A stretch of 64,000 nt of DNA from Phyllosticta citribraziliensis (taxonomy: Eukaryota), in assembly GCF_038025025.1 (NCBI RefSeq), contig NW_027117340.1, forward strand, positions 620,001 through 684,000, in the 5' to 3' direction. Below the pieces are notes generated by a model, which was given only the letters and a program-made list of their open reading frames with translations, had not been told where the DNA came from and did no database searches. The position numbers and the translations under genes are program-made. This document shows positions 23,836-35,552 of this stretch, in pieces; the stretch's first letter is position 1, and the number at the start of each line of letters is the position of its first letter.

Positions 23836-26658
23836 ATGTTTCGCAACCGGTGAGCCGCCCCCTCTTCTCTCGCCTGTCGCTCTGCTGCTGCTGCTGCCGC
23901 CGCCTCTGCTTCTGCGCGTCGTCGGCAAGACTTTTTTGTCCTTCACCTTTGTCCTTGCTGTTTTCCGCTAACTCGTCTCTCTCTTCCCGACCCAGGGCCA
24001 ACAACAAACCAAATGACGAGCTTCTCGCGAGCTTCAAGGCTGCATTCCCTCACCTTGCTGCCACCTCTCGCCCAGGCCAGTCGCCGTCGCAAAACAACAC
24101 CACCTCTGCGCTGGATCTCGCTCTCCAGTAAGTCGATCGCCCTCGTTTGCACCGCGATTCAGTCGCCCAACGTCATTCTGCGCGCGCGCGCGCGCGCGCA
24201 TCCCACACCCACCTGATCTTCGCCGTCGTCGGGCCACATTGTGTTCGCGCTCCTCGAATCATCCGTATGCTAATCGCGCCTCTAGTCATGTTGGCGACTC
24301 GGACGACTTCAAGGACCAGGATCCCACCCCAAGGGGTCCCGTCGACCAGTGGCGCTTCACCCCCTCGCTGATGGACCCAAACAGCTTCGCCTTTGCCAAT
24401 TTCGCAAACCAACCCCCAGGATACTACACGCCCACCCCTGGTGGCACAAACACCCTCTACCACAGCCAAGCTGGCGACTTGCACACTCCCGGCTTCAGCA
24501 TGGGCCTGGGCACTCCACTGTCCATGCCCACCTCCGAGGGTGCCATCCAACCTGGCCAAACCTCGGGCGTCGTCTCCAGCTTCCACCAGCATGCAATTGC
24601 GCCCGCTCTCCAATTCCACAATCCCGCCCCCTTTGGCCTGCCGCCCCAAATCTCCCAGGCCCCCTCTCTCGCGCCCCACCACTTTACCCATCAACCAACT
24701 CACTTTGAGCCCATGCCCCCGGCTCACAATGAGCCCGTCTTGGACAACATGGCCGACGGCATCGATTCCATGCCCGTCGACGTCGACATGCACGAACGCT
24801 CTCCTGTGCCGGCCTTTGACCCCGCCTTTGCTGAGCAAATGCGACAGCAGCCGCCACAACAAAATCTCGAAAAGTAAGCAATTCTCCACCAGGCGGCCTG
24901 GACAAAACTGACACAACTCAGCTTTCGCTGGCATGTCACGCTCAACGCGCCGACAGCAATGATCAAGCATGCCGATGAGGTCCCCGTGACGTATCTGAAC
25001 AAGGGCCAGGCCTACTCCGTCTCCATTGTCGACACTGCACCCGTGCAGTCCATCGCTGGTGGCATGGCCAAGTACCGCACCTACGTCCGCATCTCTTTTG
25101 AAGACGAGCAGCAACGCCAACGACCAGCAGCCTGTTGGCAGCTCTGGAAGGAAGGACGTGGCACCAACGAAGCTCACCAACGCGGCGGCCGCTTGCAAGC
25201 CGTCGAGTTCGTCGACCCCACCCAAGTCGGAGGAGGTGATGGCGCTTCCAGGCCCAGGATAGAGCTCGAATCGGCATCCTTCGACGGTTTCGCCGTGACC
25301 TGGACTCAGGCTGCCAGTGGCGCCGCCGAATGCGCCATTGCCGTCCGCTTTAACTTTTTGTCAACCGACTTTAGCCATTCAAAGGGTGTCAAGGGCATCC
25401 CAGTCAGGCTCTGCGCAAAGACGGAGCAAGTCGACACCCAGGCAGCTGGTCTGCCGGATCCCCCCAAGCCCGAAATCTGCTACTGCAAGGTCAAGCTCTT
25501 CCGTGACCACGGAGCCGAGAGAAAACTTTCCAACGACGTCACGCACGTCAAAAAGACGATTGACAAGCTCAAGCAGCAGATTGCTCAGGTCGAGTCTGGC
25601 ATGAAGGATTTCGGCAAGCGGAAGCGCAGCAGCGCCGGCATCAAGTCGGGATCGACCAGCATCGAGCGCCCGGGCAAGGTGCCTAAGCACAAACGCACTT
25701 GGTCCATGTCCTCGGCCAGCTCGACCGGAGCTCGACCGCTGGCGGAGGAGGACCTGCACCTCAAGTTGGCGACCCTGCAAGACATGTTTACTTCGACCAG
25801 GCCCGCCAGCGTCTTGTACCTCAAGGGCGAGGAGTTGGATGACCCGGATCTCCACCCGGTCCACCTTTCAGGAGACGGTCCTGAGCTGACGAGGGTTGAC
25901 ACTGGCGATTCGACAATGTGGGACAGGCAGAGCGCGCGGACTTCTTCAGTTGTTTCGCCCACGCCAAGCACACAGTCTGTCAACTCGGGAGAACGCCGTG
26001 GTTCGACTTTCCACTCGTTTCCGCCACCTTCGCGCATGTCGTCCAACGATTGGCGCAACATGCCTCAAACAGCGACAGGGGACCTCAACTCGTTTTCGGG
26101 CCACACCTCCACCCTTGCTATCAAGGTGCAAAGGAAGGCTGGCGACAAAGCCCTCAATGAGTGGATCGACGCCGTCGGTGTCGACTATTCGTATCAATCT
26201 CCTCCCGAACGTCTTCTCAAGCCAGGTAAGTTCTCACCAATGTTTGCAAGCCGTTTAGGATCACATGCTTACATGCAGCAGTCGCATGTCTCTACGTTCA
26301 GCCTCGAGCTTTTGGTAAGCCCGCCGAGGACGGCTACTACCGCGCCATCTATCTGATGCAGCGGAATCTGCGCGAGCTCGTCAACGCCATCGCCAACAAG
26401 TGTCAAGTCGACCCCAACCGCGTCATCCGCGCCGTCCGCATTCTCGAAACGAAACCTTTTCCGATACTTCTGGATGACGAGACGGTCCAGGAGATGCCCG
26501 AAGGCCAGGACATGGTGGCTGAGTTCCAGGAGCTCCACACCGAGGCCCCAATGAAACGCGAATGGGACTCTGGACCGTCGGACATTCAAGTCGATGGTGA
26601 CGTTGGAGCCATTGAGTCGAGCACGACTTCGGGCTACGAACTGCGACTCTACTACTAG
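23836..26658 (+). CDS. Grainyhead/CP2-family transcription factor (Neurospora csp-2/grhl-like); exons 23836-23849, 23996-24127, 24286-24873, 24922-26225, about 26282-26658
   Basis: Spliced start MFRNRANNKP. CP2 DNA-binding domain FRWHVTLNAPTAMIKHADEVPVTYLNKGQAY...FNFLSTDFSHSKGVKGIPVRL...CKVKLFRDHGAERK. C-terminal dimerisation-like region VACLYV...YYRAIYL...DDETVQEMPEGQDM. Confidence 0.93.
24179..24200. repeat. Perfect alternating (CG)n tract, a 22-bp palindrome in intron 2 of the Grainyhead gene
   Basis: Read directly: tgcgcgcgcgcgcgcgcgcgca. Confidence 0.9.
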
Positions 26659-26894
26659 CGAAGGCGACAGCACCTTTGCGAAAAGACGAAACGACAAAAG
26701 AACAATCTCACGACTCATGACGACGTTTGGTTTTGTATCTGTGTGCTGCAGCGGCGCGGCCGGGGCGTTCCGGTACCTTGACTACCTCCCTGCACGCGCG
26801 TGCGCACCATGGCGAGACAGCAGTTTTCTTTGCAACGATACCCCCCACCACTGGTCTGCCTGACTGTCCCTGTACGTTCTGGTAACGACCACTC

Positions 26895-26936
26895 GTTGTT
26901 GTTGTTGTTGTTGTTGTTGTTGCTATTATTATTATT
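26895..26936. repeat. (GTT)9 followed by (ATT)4 microsatellite downstream of the Grainyhead stop codon
   Basis: Read directly. A poly-T tract follows at about 27066-27097. Confidence 0.9.
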
Positions 26937-29900
26937 GTAGCTTGTGGCTCATTGCTAGCCTCGGTAGCGCGCGCGCATGCTCACGTACGAGCTTCTCTCA
27001 TCGGCTTAATTTGTGCAACTATTATATACCTACCTGTATGGGGCCTTTTCTCTTCTTGCCTGTCCCTTTTTTTTTCCTTTTTTTTTTTTTTTTTTTTCCT
27101 ACTTTCTTTCTTCACAATCGACATTTGTCAAGCTGTCTGTTATCTGCATGGTGGGAGAGATGGACCGCGTTTAATCTTTTCACAACGCGTGTCGTTTGTC
27201 GGTCGTTGTTGTATTGGGAAACTTTTGGTACATGTGTATTTCCCCTTTTCCTTCTCCGCATAGCTTCGTTTCTTCCGACCTTCTTCTGTCCCCGAGTTCA
27301 AGATACCCACTTTTGCTTGGCCTGGACTTGTTTGGCCCCAAATAGTCGTCTCCTTGGTCTCGTCGAATCCCTTGCGACACAACCACTGCCACCTCTTGCT
27401 GCGGTGCACAGTTGCGGCCCAGGTGCCGAGGCTTGGTGGGAATTGGAAAAATGAAATGGCACACCTGACTGCAGCTCACACGCCGGCTCCCCATACAAGT
27501 TGACATGTGTAATGCTTGTACCCACGTACGTAAGAGAAGTGGAAGGCGAGCTGGATCTGCCTCGTAAGAGAAACCAGAGGGCTTTGTGCCGTGAACTTTT
27601 TCGGACACGCAGTGACGTCAATTGCGGAACAACAAAAGTCCTCCCGAGGAACATGATGGAACCTTTTGCGACGCGTGACCGGCGCTCAGGTCGTCCCGGT
27701 CAGGTCCCGTCGGTGAGGTCGACGAAACGAGACGAGACGCAGAAAAATGAGAACAGAAGCTGAGACTGGCAGAGATTGCCTGCTGACCCCTGCGCTGCAC
27801 GACCTGGCCCTCACCTGGCCGACGACCGCACCTCAAGCCCGCATCGACCACTCTGCTGCTCCCACCCAGACGGCCGGCCGTCGATCCAATTCCTCCAGGC
27901 CCTCCGGCAATCCACCACACCTTCACCATCGCCATCACCATCACCACCACTCTTGGGTGCCCGCACCGCACTCGCAGTACTGTTTCTCCCGGACATTCTC
28001 CTGGCCTTGGAACTGGAAACTACCTGCCTGCGCGCCGCTGACGACCTGTTCCCTCGGCGTTTCATGTGCCAGCTGCCAGACATTCATCTCCCAGAACGAC
28101 AGACTGATGAACCAAGGGCTCTTCCTGTCTTTGCATTGATTCGGCTGACCGACCGACGACGTGTCCGTCCGGCCCCTTTGCGATCATTGCATCACCTCCC
28201 CCCCGCCCAACCGTTGACCGGCTGCACCGACCACCGCCCATCGCTCATCATCCTTCGCTCACCCGCTCTCTTCACCGCGTCCGTGAGATCATCTTTCCTT
28301 CGCATCAACAACGTGCAAGCGAAAAAGTGGGCTCCGTGTCCTTCCCGACGGCGACCGCACCGCGTTCCGATTTGCGCCGGCGGGCGGGCGAAATCCGCCA
28401 CCACCGCCAGCATCCCAAATGGTTGGCTGTGTGTGGAGCGAGCGAGAGAGGGTGAAGGAGACGTGTGGCCGTGCAACTACGCATACTAACCGCCCCGGAC
28501 ATGGGAGCGCAACCAAGCCCAATCGCGCCAACACGACCGGTTCTAGCGGCCGGCTCATCTCCTGTGACGGAAACTCGCTCTCACTTTTGCGCGTCTTCCA
28601 ATGAAATCGCGATCGCGTCGTCGTGTTTGTTCGCCAAACTGCCAACGAGTCCAGCAGAGTCTAGACCAGGTCCCCACGTCTAACTAGCCTTGGGGCGGTG
28701 CGGCGGTATTGCTTCAATCACGATCCTTCTTCCGCGGACCGCAGTGGTGCCGCTCAGTTTCTTCGCGATTGCGATGAGATGAAGCTGGACCTGGCACCGG
28801 CGCTCTCGTGGCTCGGAGGAGTGCGCGGCTGATTGGGATTCCTCTGCGCCGTCGATTTCTTTTGCACGTCTCGATCTCTCGTCGTCAAACGTCGTTGGCC
28901 ACAATCCATGTACATGCGCCGAGCCTGCATGCTCCTCCGCCTCATCAAGAAAGAGGAAACGAAAGCGGAAAGCTGAGGGCTGCGTGGTGTGAGAGGTGTG
29001 GCGCATCGCCGCGCTTCCTTGTCCTTGGCTTCTCTCGCGACCGCTTCCGCAACCGCTCGCTTCCACCTTTCCGCCTGACATGTATCTGTATGCCGGGCCT
29101 GCGTGTTGGAGGTCGGGTGGCACAAACAAGCGACCCCTCGCCAGCCGGCCAGCCAACCACTCGCATAAGCGCAACCATCCCTCGACCTGACCGTCCCACG
29201 GCGCCGTCTTCTCCACCTCAGTCCAGTCACCTGGGCACCGGGCCGGCTTGCATGCATACATGCATGCACGTAGTTCCAGCTCCATCTCCAGCAGCAGCAG
29301 ACGCGACGCCGGCAGCAGCAAGTGGAGAGAGAGAAAGGAATCGAAGCACGTAGCAAGTTACCGCTTATGGACGCCGTTAGCCTTCTCGCTGTCTGGCATA
29401 GATTATTTTCTACTCTACCGTAGGCGAGCTGCTGCTGCTGCTGCCGCCAAACGGTTGTGCGACGCACTTTGCAAAGCACAGCCGAAGGAGCTTGACGCTG
29501 TTGCGGGTGCGTCAGCGGCAGCTGATTGATTGACGGACGGCCAGACGAACGAAAGAAGTGTGGCGGGAGCTTCCCCCTCCCCCCTGTCACATCTACATTC
29601 CCCTTCATTCGCTGCCGCAAGAGGCAGCTGACTGTGGCGTCTCTTGTCCCCCTCTTCCTCTTCTTCCGCGGCCATTGTTATCGATGACACGCCGTTTTGG
29701 GCCGTTGTGGTGCAATGCGTCGCGTGTCAAAGGGTTGCGACAAGGGGGGTCGCGAATCCATCCACGCTGTCAGCCATTGCTCACGCATCAGGCAAACGCC
29801 GAGCCCAGCCTCGTCTGCTCTGCTGTCCTTTCTCGTCGCGCGCGCTCTCTTGTCCATCCAATTCGTCCAGTGCCATCTGATTGTGGACGTTCTTGCTGTT

Positions 29901-32900
29901 CTGATTGACTTGGTAGTGCTGACGACCTTGATCGCTTTTCCCCCTCACTTACCCAAGCCGGAAGGAAGCTTGGGGCAGCGGGGACATGCATCTCGACGAC
30001 AACGAGGACGATGATGTGATTGCCAGGCAGTCGGTTGAGTGAGTGGGCTGGGCTGGTAGGCTGCTGGCTGACCCTCTTCCCCACCATTATTCTCAAACTT
30101 TCTTTGGCTGCTGTGCCACAGCCCACACAAACGACCAGTCCATGACATCCATTGATAGGCTGGCCGATCACTTGTGAGTCTGCCACGGGCGGGTATCCGG
30201 ATCAATGGCTTGCTTGCTTGCTTGCTCACTGCCACGCCCTATCCACATACACACCCGCCACATAAGCGACGTCTCAACACATCATCACCATGTCGAGTCG
30301 GGTCGAGTCCGCCGCCACAGATGCGGTGCGCGCGCAGTGTTGTGCCGTCGCCACATCATCGCCACACTCGTCGCCACATCGACCGCACATCACCACCTCC
30401 AAATCCCCATCTCCACCTGCCAAATCAAGCAAGTGGGATGGACGAGCCAGGAGCTACCTGACTCCAGAAGCTAGTGCTAGGACTAGGCCCCCGCGTTCTG
30501 GTCCCGTTGATTGGCCAAGGGGTTGGTGGGCTGTCGCTGCGTGGCTGGTGGCTGTGGTGGCTGTGGTGGCTGCATATCCCAATCTTTTCGCTCGTGGTAC
30601 CAACCTCGCCGTTGGAGCAGCTTTTCGATTTGTGGCGTTTTCGTTTTCTTTTTTTTTTTTTTTTTTCGCCATTGTTGGTGCTCCGCCGTTGGGTTGTTGG
30701 CAGATGATGCCGGATGAGCACGCCACTAACTACTGCTGCTGAGTTGCTGCTAGCTAACTTGGCTGCGTCTTGTCTTTCCCTTCTCCTTTTTGCCCTTTTG
30801 TTGTCCCGTTCCCTCAATTCGTCCACGCCAATTGGATCTAAGCTATGTGGAGACATGACGCCTTCGGCATCTCTCCTACCTAGGTACATACCGAATGAGC
30901 CTAGACTGGATTGTAACGGATCAGAAGAGCCACAGGGTCAAGGGACTGGATGACGAGGGAAAGAACGAGAGCGGGGAGAGGGGCAGCCGCTGCACGCAAC
31001 GCTCGAAACGCGACGCATGAACACGGGCCACGACACCACCACAGCACAGCACAGCACAGCCCAAGGAGCCACAGAGATAGTCAAGGTAGGTAGCCAAGCG
31101 GCCTCGTCTGACCACCACCACCACCACCACCACCTTCTCCATCATCGAACGTCGAGTGGAGTACAAAAAGTCAGCAACTAGCCTTCAGCCCATTTTGGAC
31201 GGGCTAGGCTCAGCTGGGCTAGACCAACAAATGTGGGATGGATGGATGGATGGATGTGGAGGGGAAGCATAAGGTGTGGCTGGGCTTTCCTTCCTAGTAC
31301 TGCTGTAGGTATGCTGGCTAGGTCAGCAAGCGGTCCCGGGAGAAGCCACAGCCACAGCCGCTTTTAGTGCAGGCCGGCGGCCGTTTTGTTTGGGCTTGAT
31401 GACAAGACGACGGCGGAAGACGTCGGGCGAGACTGACTAGTGGATGGTAGGGGGGAAAAACAACAACAGATCCACGGGCACACGACGGATCCCCAGCCTT
31501 TTCCACACTTCGTCCGTCGCTCGTGACAGCCGAGGCAAGACGCGCGCGCGCGCACGGCACGGGGAGGCAGCTGCTGCAGCATGGTGGCAGCGCCTCGTGG
31601 ATGGAAAGGACCATCGACGTTGGGGCGTCTGGACGCGCGCTCTGTCTTGATCCATCTTGTGGTGCTCGCTCATGGTCTGTCTGTCATGCTCTATCAGGCA
31701 ACGGCACTGTCCACCATGAGCATAACTTTCTTCGCAGATTCTCAACAGCTTCAAGTCGGCGCAGCCCATCATCTCACTCACAACCTCACCTAGCCCGACC
31801 AAGGCCCGTCCGTCTCCCGCGCGGGTCTAGTGTGTGGTGCGAGGGAGGAGCCAGCCATCCCGCCAGGAGGCCGTCGTCGGTCAGCATCATGAGCATCCTT
31901 CACGCCACCCCGACCAATTCCAGGAAGGAGGTGATGTTTTTGTGGCAATGGTGCTGCTGTGTGGCATATAGCATGTGTGTGTGCCAACAGTCCGCCATCA
32001 TTGATGCTGCCGCTTCTAACTTTCGAAACGAGCGCTGACGGTGTCACTGCGGCACGCATTCACAAATGAAGGCCTCGTCACGGCGCGGTGGCAGAGTGTG
32101 TCTGCGGGCTTGCCATCGCTCTACATGATGGAAAGTAACCTGCCCACCCAATTTGTGCGCAGTTTGTAGGTAAGCCAGTGACTCACTCCGTGCCTAAGTC
32201 GTTGCCACGCGAATGCTATCACCGCAGCATCTCTAGGTTGGGCAAACGCACTGTCGACATCCGCTTTTGCTGCAAACGCCATGTTGAAAGCGAACCCCTT
32301 GTCAGAGGGCGGCAGGAGGGGACTCGACGATAAGCATGTGTCAGTGCTGCTCTGACATTGTTCTCCCTTTTCAGCCACAGCCACAGACAGCCTCGACGAC
32401 GGCTGCTGCTGCTGCTGCTGCGTTTCTAGTCATCCGTTCGACGTGCCCGCGGAAATGTTTTGCCGCCGTGCGTTGTTGTCGTGGTGGTGGTCATCGTCGG
32501 TGTCATGTCCGCGATGACGATAGATGGAATGAAGGCACGAGAAGGGAAAACTTTGTTTCCGCTCTCACACCATCACCGAATCCACCACCCTCGTCGCGAT
32601 GACGGTGCCATGATGAAAGAAGAGCGAGGGCAAGACCAAAGAAAAAAGAAAGGAAAGAAAGAAAAAAATTCACATCAGTGCCGCCGCATAAGACCCGCCG
32701 CCACACCGCCGCCGGCGTCATGGATGCGCTATAGGGCGTTGGGAAAATGGGGAACCGCTGGTGGATACCTACCACATGTACAAGCTCCAGGCGTGCCATC
32801 CATCACGACTAGCAGTTTAAGGCGTACCCTCGGCAGTGGTTAGTGGGGATGGCGTATGCGTGGTGGTCGTGTGTGGCGCAAAACAGCACAGGCATGGCGG

Positions 32901-34433
32901 CCAGCAATGATAGAGGTGGGGAAAGGGACGGCAGAGGCATACACAAGAAGAGAGGTTGGGCGAAAAAGAAAAAGGAAGAAAGGGTCATTCGTTGACGACG
33001 GAGAAAGAGGGATTACTCGCTGAGAGCCGGCCACGACGGCGCGCCCCGCGACGCACTAAAGCATGCTGCGCACCGCCACCACTGCGCAGGTCATCAATAT
33101 GAGCGCGCGGTATAGTACAGTACAGGCGTCGTTCGGTCGTCGAGGGGACCGTGGCGGCGCATGTGGATAAGTCGTGGTGTTTTGTGTGCGCGTAATACAC
33201 ATGTGCTTGCGTATGGTCCCGTTGCCGGATCAGGTCTGTCTTGTATGCCGTGCCTCGGGATAGGTCCAGGTACCGTACCGTACTGTCCCATACCGGCGCA
33301 CTGCATGTTGCGCTCTCCACACATGCCGAACGGCAGGCTCCTCGAGCTCCAGGCCTCGAGCGTCGAGTTGCGTCGCACGCCCCTCACTCCGAGGCGTGGC
33401 TCATCTTAGCGTTAGTTGCGGAGTCATCGCAATCTTTGCTTGACCAGTGGGCGGTGTTTTGGAAACAGTAGTGCGAAGTCAAGGGCGCAACATGCAGTGC
33501 CTGTACGAAGCAAGTCCCGCGTCTCGCGAGGACTCGACATCGATCGAGCCGATCCGCGTATCCCGGCCGCGGTAATGGGTGAGCGGGCTTTCGCTGCGTC
33601 TCCTTCTTGCTTCTCCATTCCAATTGGCGTCACCGCTCATGCTGGATATCATGATGAGAGCAATAATGAGCTGAATGAACAGCGCATCAGTCATCTTATT
33701 ATGCTTCTCGCGCCTTAATTCGTCCAGTCCCTGTCCCCACTGGGCGGGCCCACCAGAGGGGTGCTCCTATTGCCACGAATCAAAGCAGAGCCATGCAGAG
33801 TCACGGCGATCGTTGTGGCGGTGTCGCGGTCATGTTGTCTCCGGGAGGTTTTGGTGTTCCTGCAGCTGGGGAAGGACGGACGGCGGGACGGACGGCGGCA
33901 TTGGTTGGGACTTGAAGTGGTGGCCTGAAGTGACGAGGGGACCTGAGTCTGTGGTCCCCCTCTTGAGTGACGGCATAGGTTGCTCTACGGGCGCCAGCAC
34001 AAACGGTGGTTGTGGGACTGAGACAATTCATCTGCCACCACTGTCAGCCGTCGACATCATTGCTAGGTCCAGCTGAACTGGACGTCTCCGAGGTTTCGGC
34101 TTTCGTGCGGTTTGGGTCTTTGGGTCTAATGGCGTCCGTCTATCCGTGCTTGCCGTCGGGTTACCGGAACAGCGGCCAGGGGGTGTATACAGATGGTGTG
34201 GTGGGCGACTCTCGAGTTTCCTTTTTGCTCATCTCAGTCCTCGATCTTGAGCCATCGATTTCGAGTTCAGAATAGCAGGACAAGCTGGAAGCAAGCATAT
34301 GGCTTCAGGTCGAGACGCAAATAATACTTTCATTAGCAAGAATACAACAAGCCCAAGTTTGTTGCCAAGTGCCCTTACAGCCACTTCCGACTTGTTCAAT
34401 TTTTTCACATTCTCCCCATGCTCTTCTTCAACC

Positions 34434-35324
34434 TCAAAGTTTAGCTTTGATGCCGAGGCCTCCTTCGCCTGCCTCTTCAACCACGACAGCAATACCTTCT
34501 CCTTCAGCTTGCAATTCCACCTCTTGGCAGTCCTCAATCCCAACGCCATTTGCAAACTGCACAACCACAAAGTCGACGTCGCCCCCGCCCAGAACCACCA
34601 TCGGCGCGTGCCAGGTCCCTGCCCCATATGTCACTGCCTGGTCTCCTCGCGCGACAAACGCACGCAGTTGGCTCAAGTCGGGGAGGCCTAGGCCCTTTGG
34701 CCGCAGTTTTGGGCGTCCTGCAAGTTTGCCTTTCGTAGCGGAGGGCGGGGGCGGGGCCGCTTCATTGGTAAATGGCGAGGGCCGCGCGCGAGAGAATATG
34801 TCGCGTATTGAGCGGCGGCGACGCGGCGGTGGCAGCGGAAATGGAGGCGGGCGCTTCTGATTTGCGCTGCGAGCTGCGGAAAGAGTGGGGGCGACGATGA
34901 CAAGGTAGTAGGTCTGAGAAGGGGTTGCGGCAGCGCCAGAGCTCTCAGGCGAGAGTCCAAGCGGGATGAAGGTTTGAGAGGTATACGGGTGTCGCTCGAG
35001 GATCGTGGTGTCGAAGAGCTGTTGCTGCGAGCTCGGGTTGCTGCTGCTCGATGCGGTCCGCAGTCTCCGCGGCGAGCAAACAAACATGTTCATGACGGCG
35101 GCTCCAGGCTTGCGACTCGGCGACATGTGGTAAAAGTTCGTCATGTGCGTGACATCGAGATACTTGAGGGCCGTGCCTTGGTTGGCTTTGACGGTCTCGA
35201 GGTCTGGTCGTTGCGAGCCCAGCCGGATGGGGTTCTCAATGACGGTACCGAAAGGTTCAAAGACTGACTGAGTCAGCGGCTCGACGGGCACACGCCTGGA
35301 TGGCGCCGATATTGGGACAGGCAT
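34434..35324 (-). CDS. DAL3: Ureidoglycolate lyase (allantoin catabolism), intronless, with C-terminal PTS1 -AKL
   Basis: Motifs EPLT..FEPFGTVI, ANQGTALKY, ILERHPYTSQTFIPLG and QAVTYGAGTWHAPMVV...FVVVQ. The protein ends GIKAKL*. Confidence 0.92.
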   Translation of the reverse strand: MPVPISAPSRRVPVEPLTQSVFEPFGTVIENPIRLGSQRPDLETVKANQGTALKYLDVTHMTNFYHMSPSRKPGAAVMNMFVCSPRRLRTASSSSNPSSQQQLFDTTILERHPYTSQTFIPLGLSPESSGAAATPSQTYYLVIVAPTLSAARSANQKRPPPFPLPPPRRRRSIRDIFSRARPSPFTNEAAPPPPSATKGKLAGRPKLRPKGLGLPDLSQLRAFVARGDQAVTYGAGTWHAPMVVLGGGDVDFVVVQFANGVGIEDCQEVELQAEGEGIAVVVEEAGEGGLGIKAKL

Positions 35325-35430
35325 TTTGGCGTTGCAGAGATGGTGGAGTGGTCGAGGTTGAAGCAGGTGTGGTTGTTAAACAAGGAGTGGGGTCGGGATG
35401 GCGGGGCAACTAGGGTACCGTTTGATCTGC

Positions 35431-35552
35431 AGATAAGACCGAGCCTCATTCAACTTCTATTTATCACTCGTCAATCATTGTGAGGATTCATTGAAAGCAC
35501 CATGGTTTGTGTCAAGGAGCACTGTGTCAATGGTCTCTACAGCCTCTGATAA
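35431..35552. promoter_or_regulatory. Three HGATAR (AreA/Nit2-type GATA) sites upstream of ureidoglycolate lyase
   Basis: AGATAA 35431-35436, TTATCA 35461-35466 and TGATAA 35547-35552 lie within about 230 bp of the ATG. This fits nitrogen catabolite control of purine degradation. Confidence 0.5.

Noticed and set aside
23845..23852. AACCGGTG, a near match to the Grainyhead site AACCGGTT, in the gene's own first exon
   Set aside because: It is a 7/8 match explained by the codons and the splice donor, too weak to claim autoregulation.
22939..24131. ORFs with (EP)n, (AL)n or (GS)n repeats
   Set aside because: These are translations of the TCTGGC microsatellite in different frames, with no other coding signal.
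27776..29620. ORFs of 213-288 aa in the tail-to-tail desert
   Set aside because: Low complexity, overlapping on both strands, with mostly non-ATG starts and no domain. Such ORFs are expected in GC-rich non-coding DNA.
30838..30845. A third TAGCTTAG 8-mer on the minus strand
   Set aside because: It lacks the flanking similarity and long-stem context of the two hairpin elements, and an 8-mer can recur by chance in 64 kb.
33651..33720. ATGATGA...CTGA, a possible C/D box snoRNA
   Set aside because: The boxes are too close together, with no terminal D box, terminal stem or recognisable rRNA guide.
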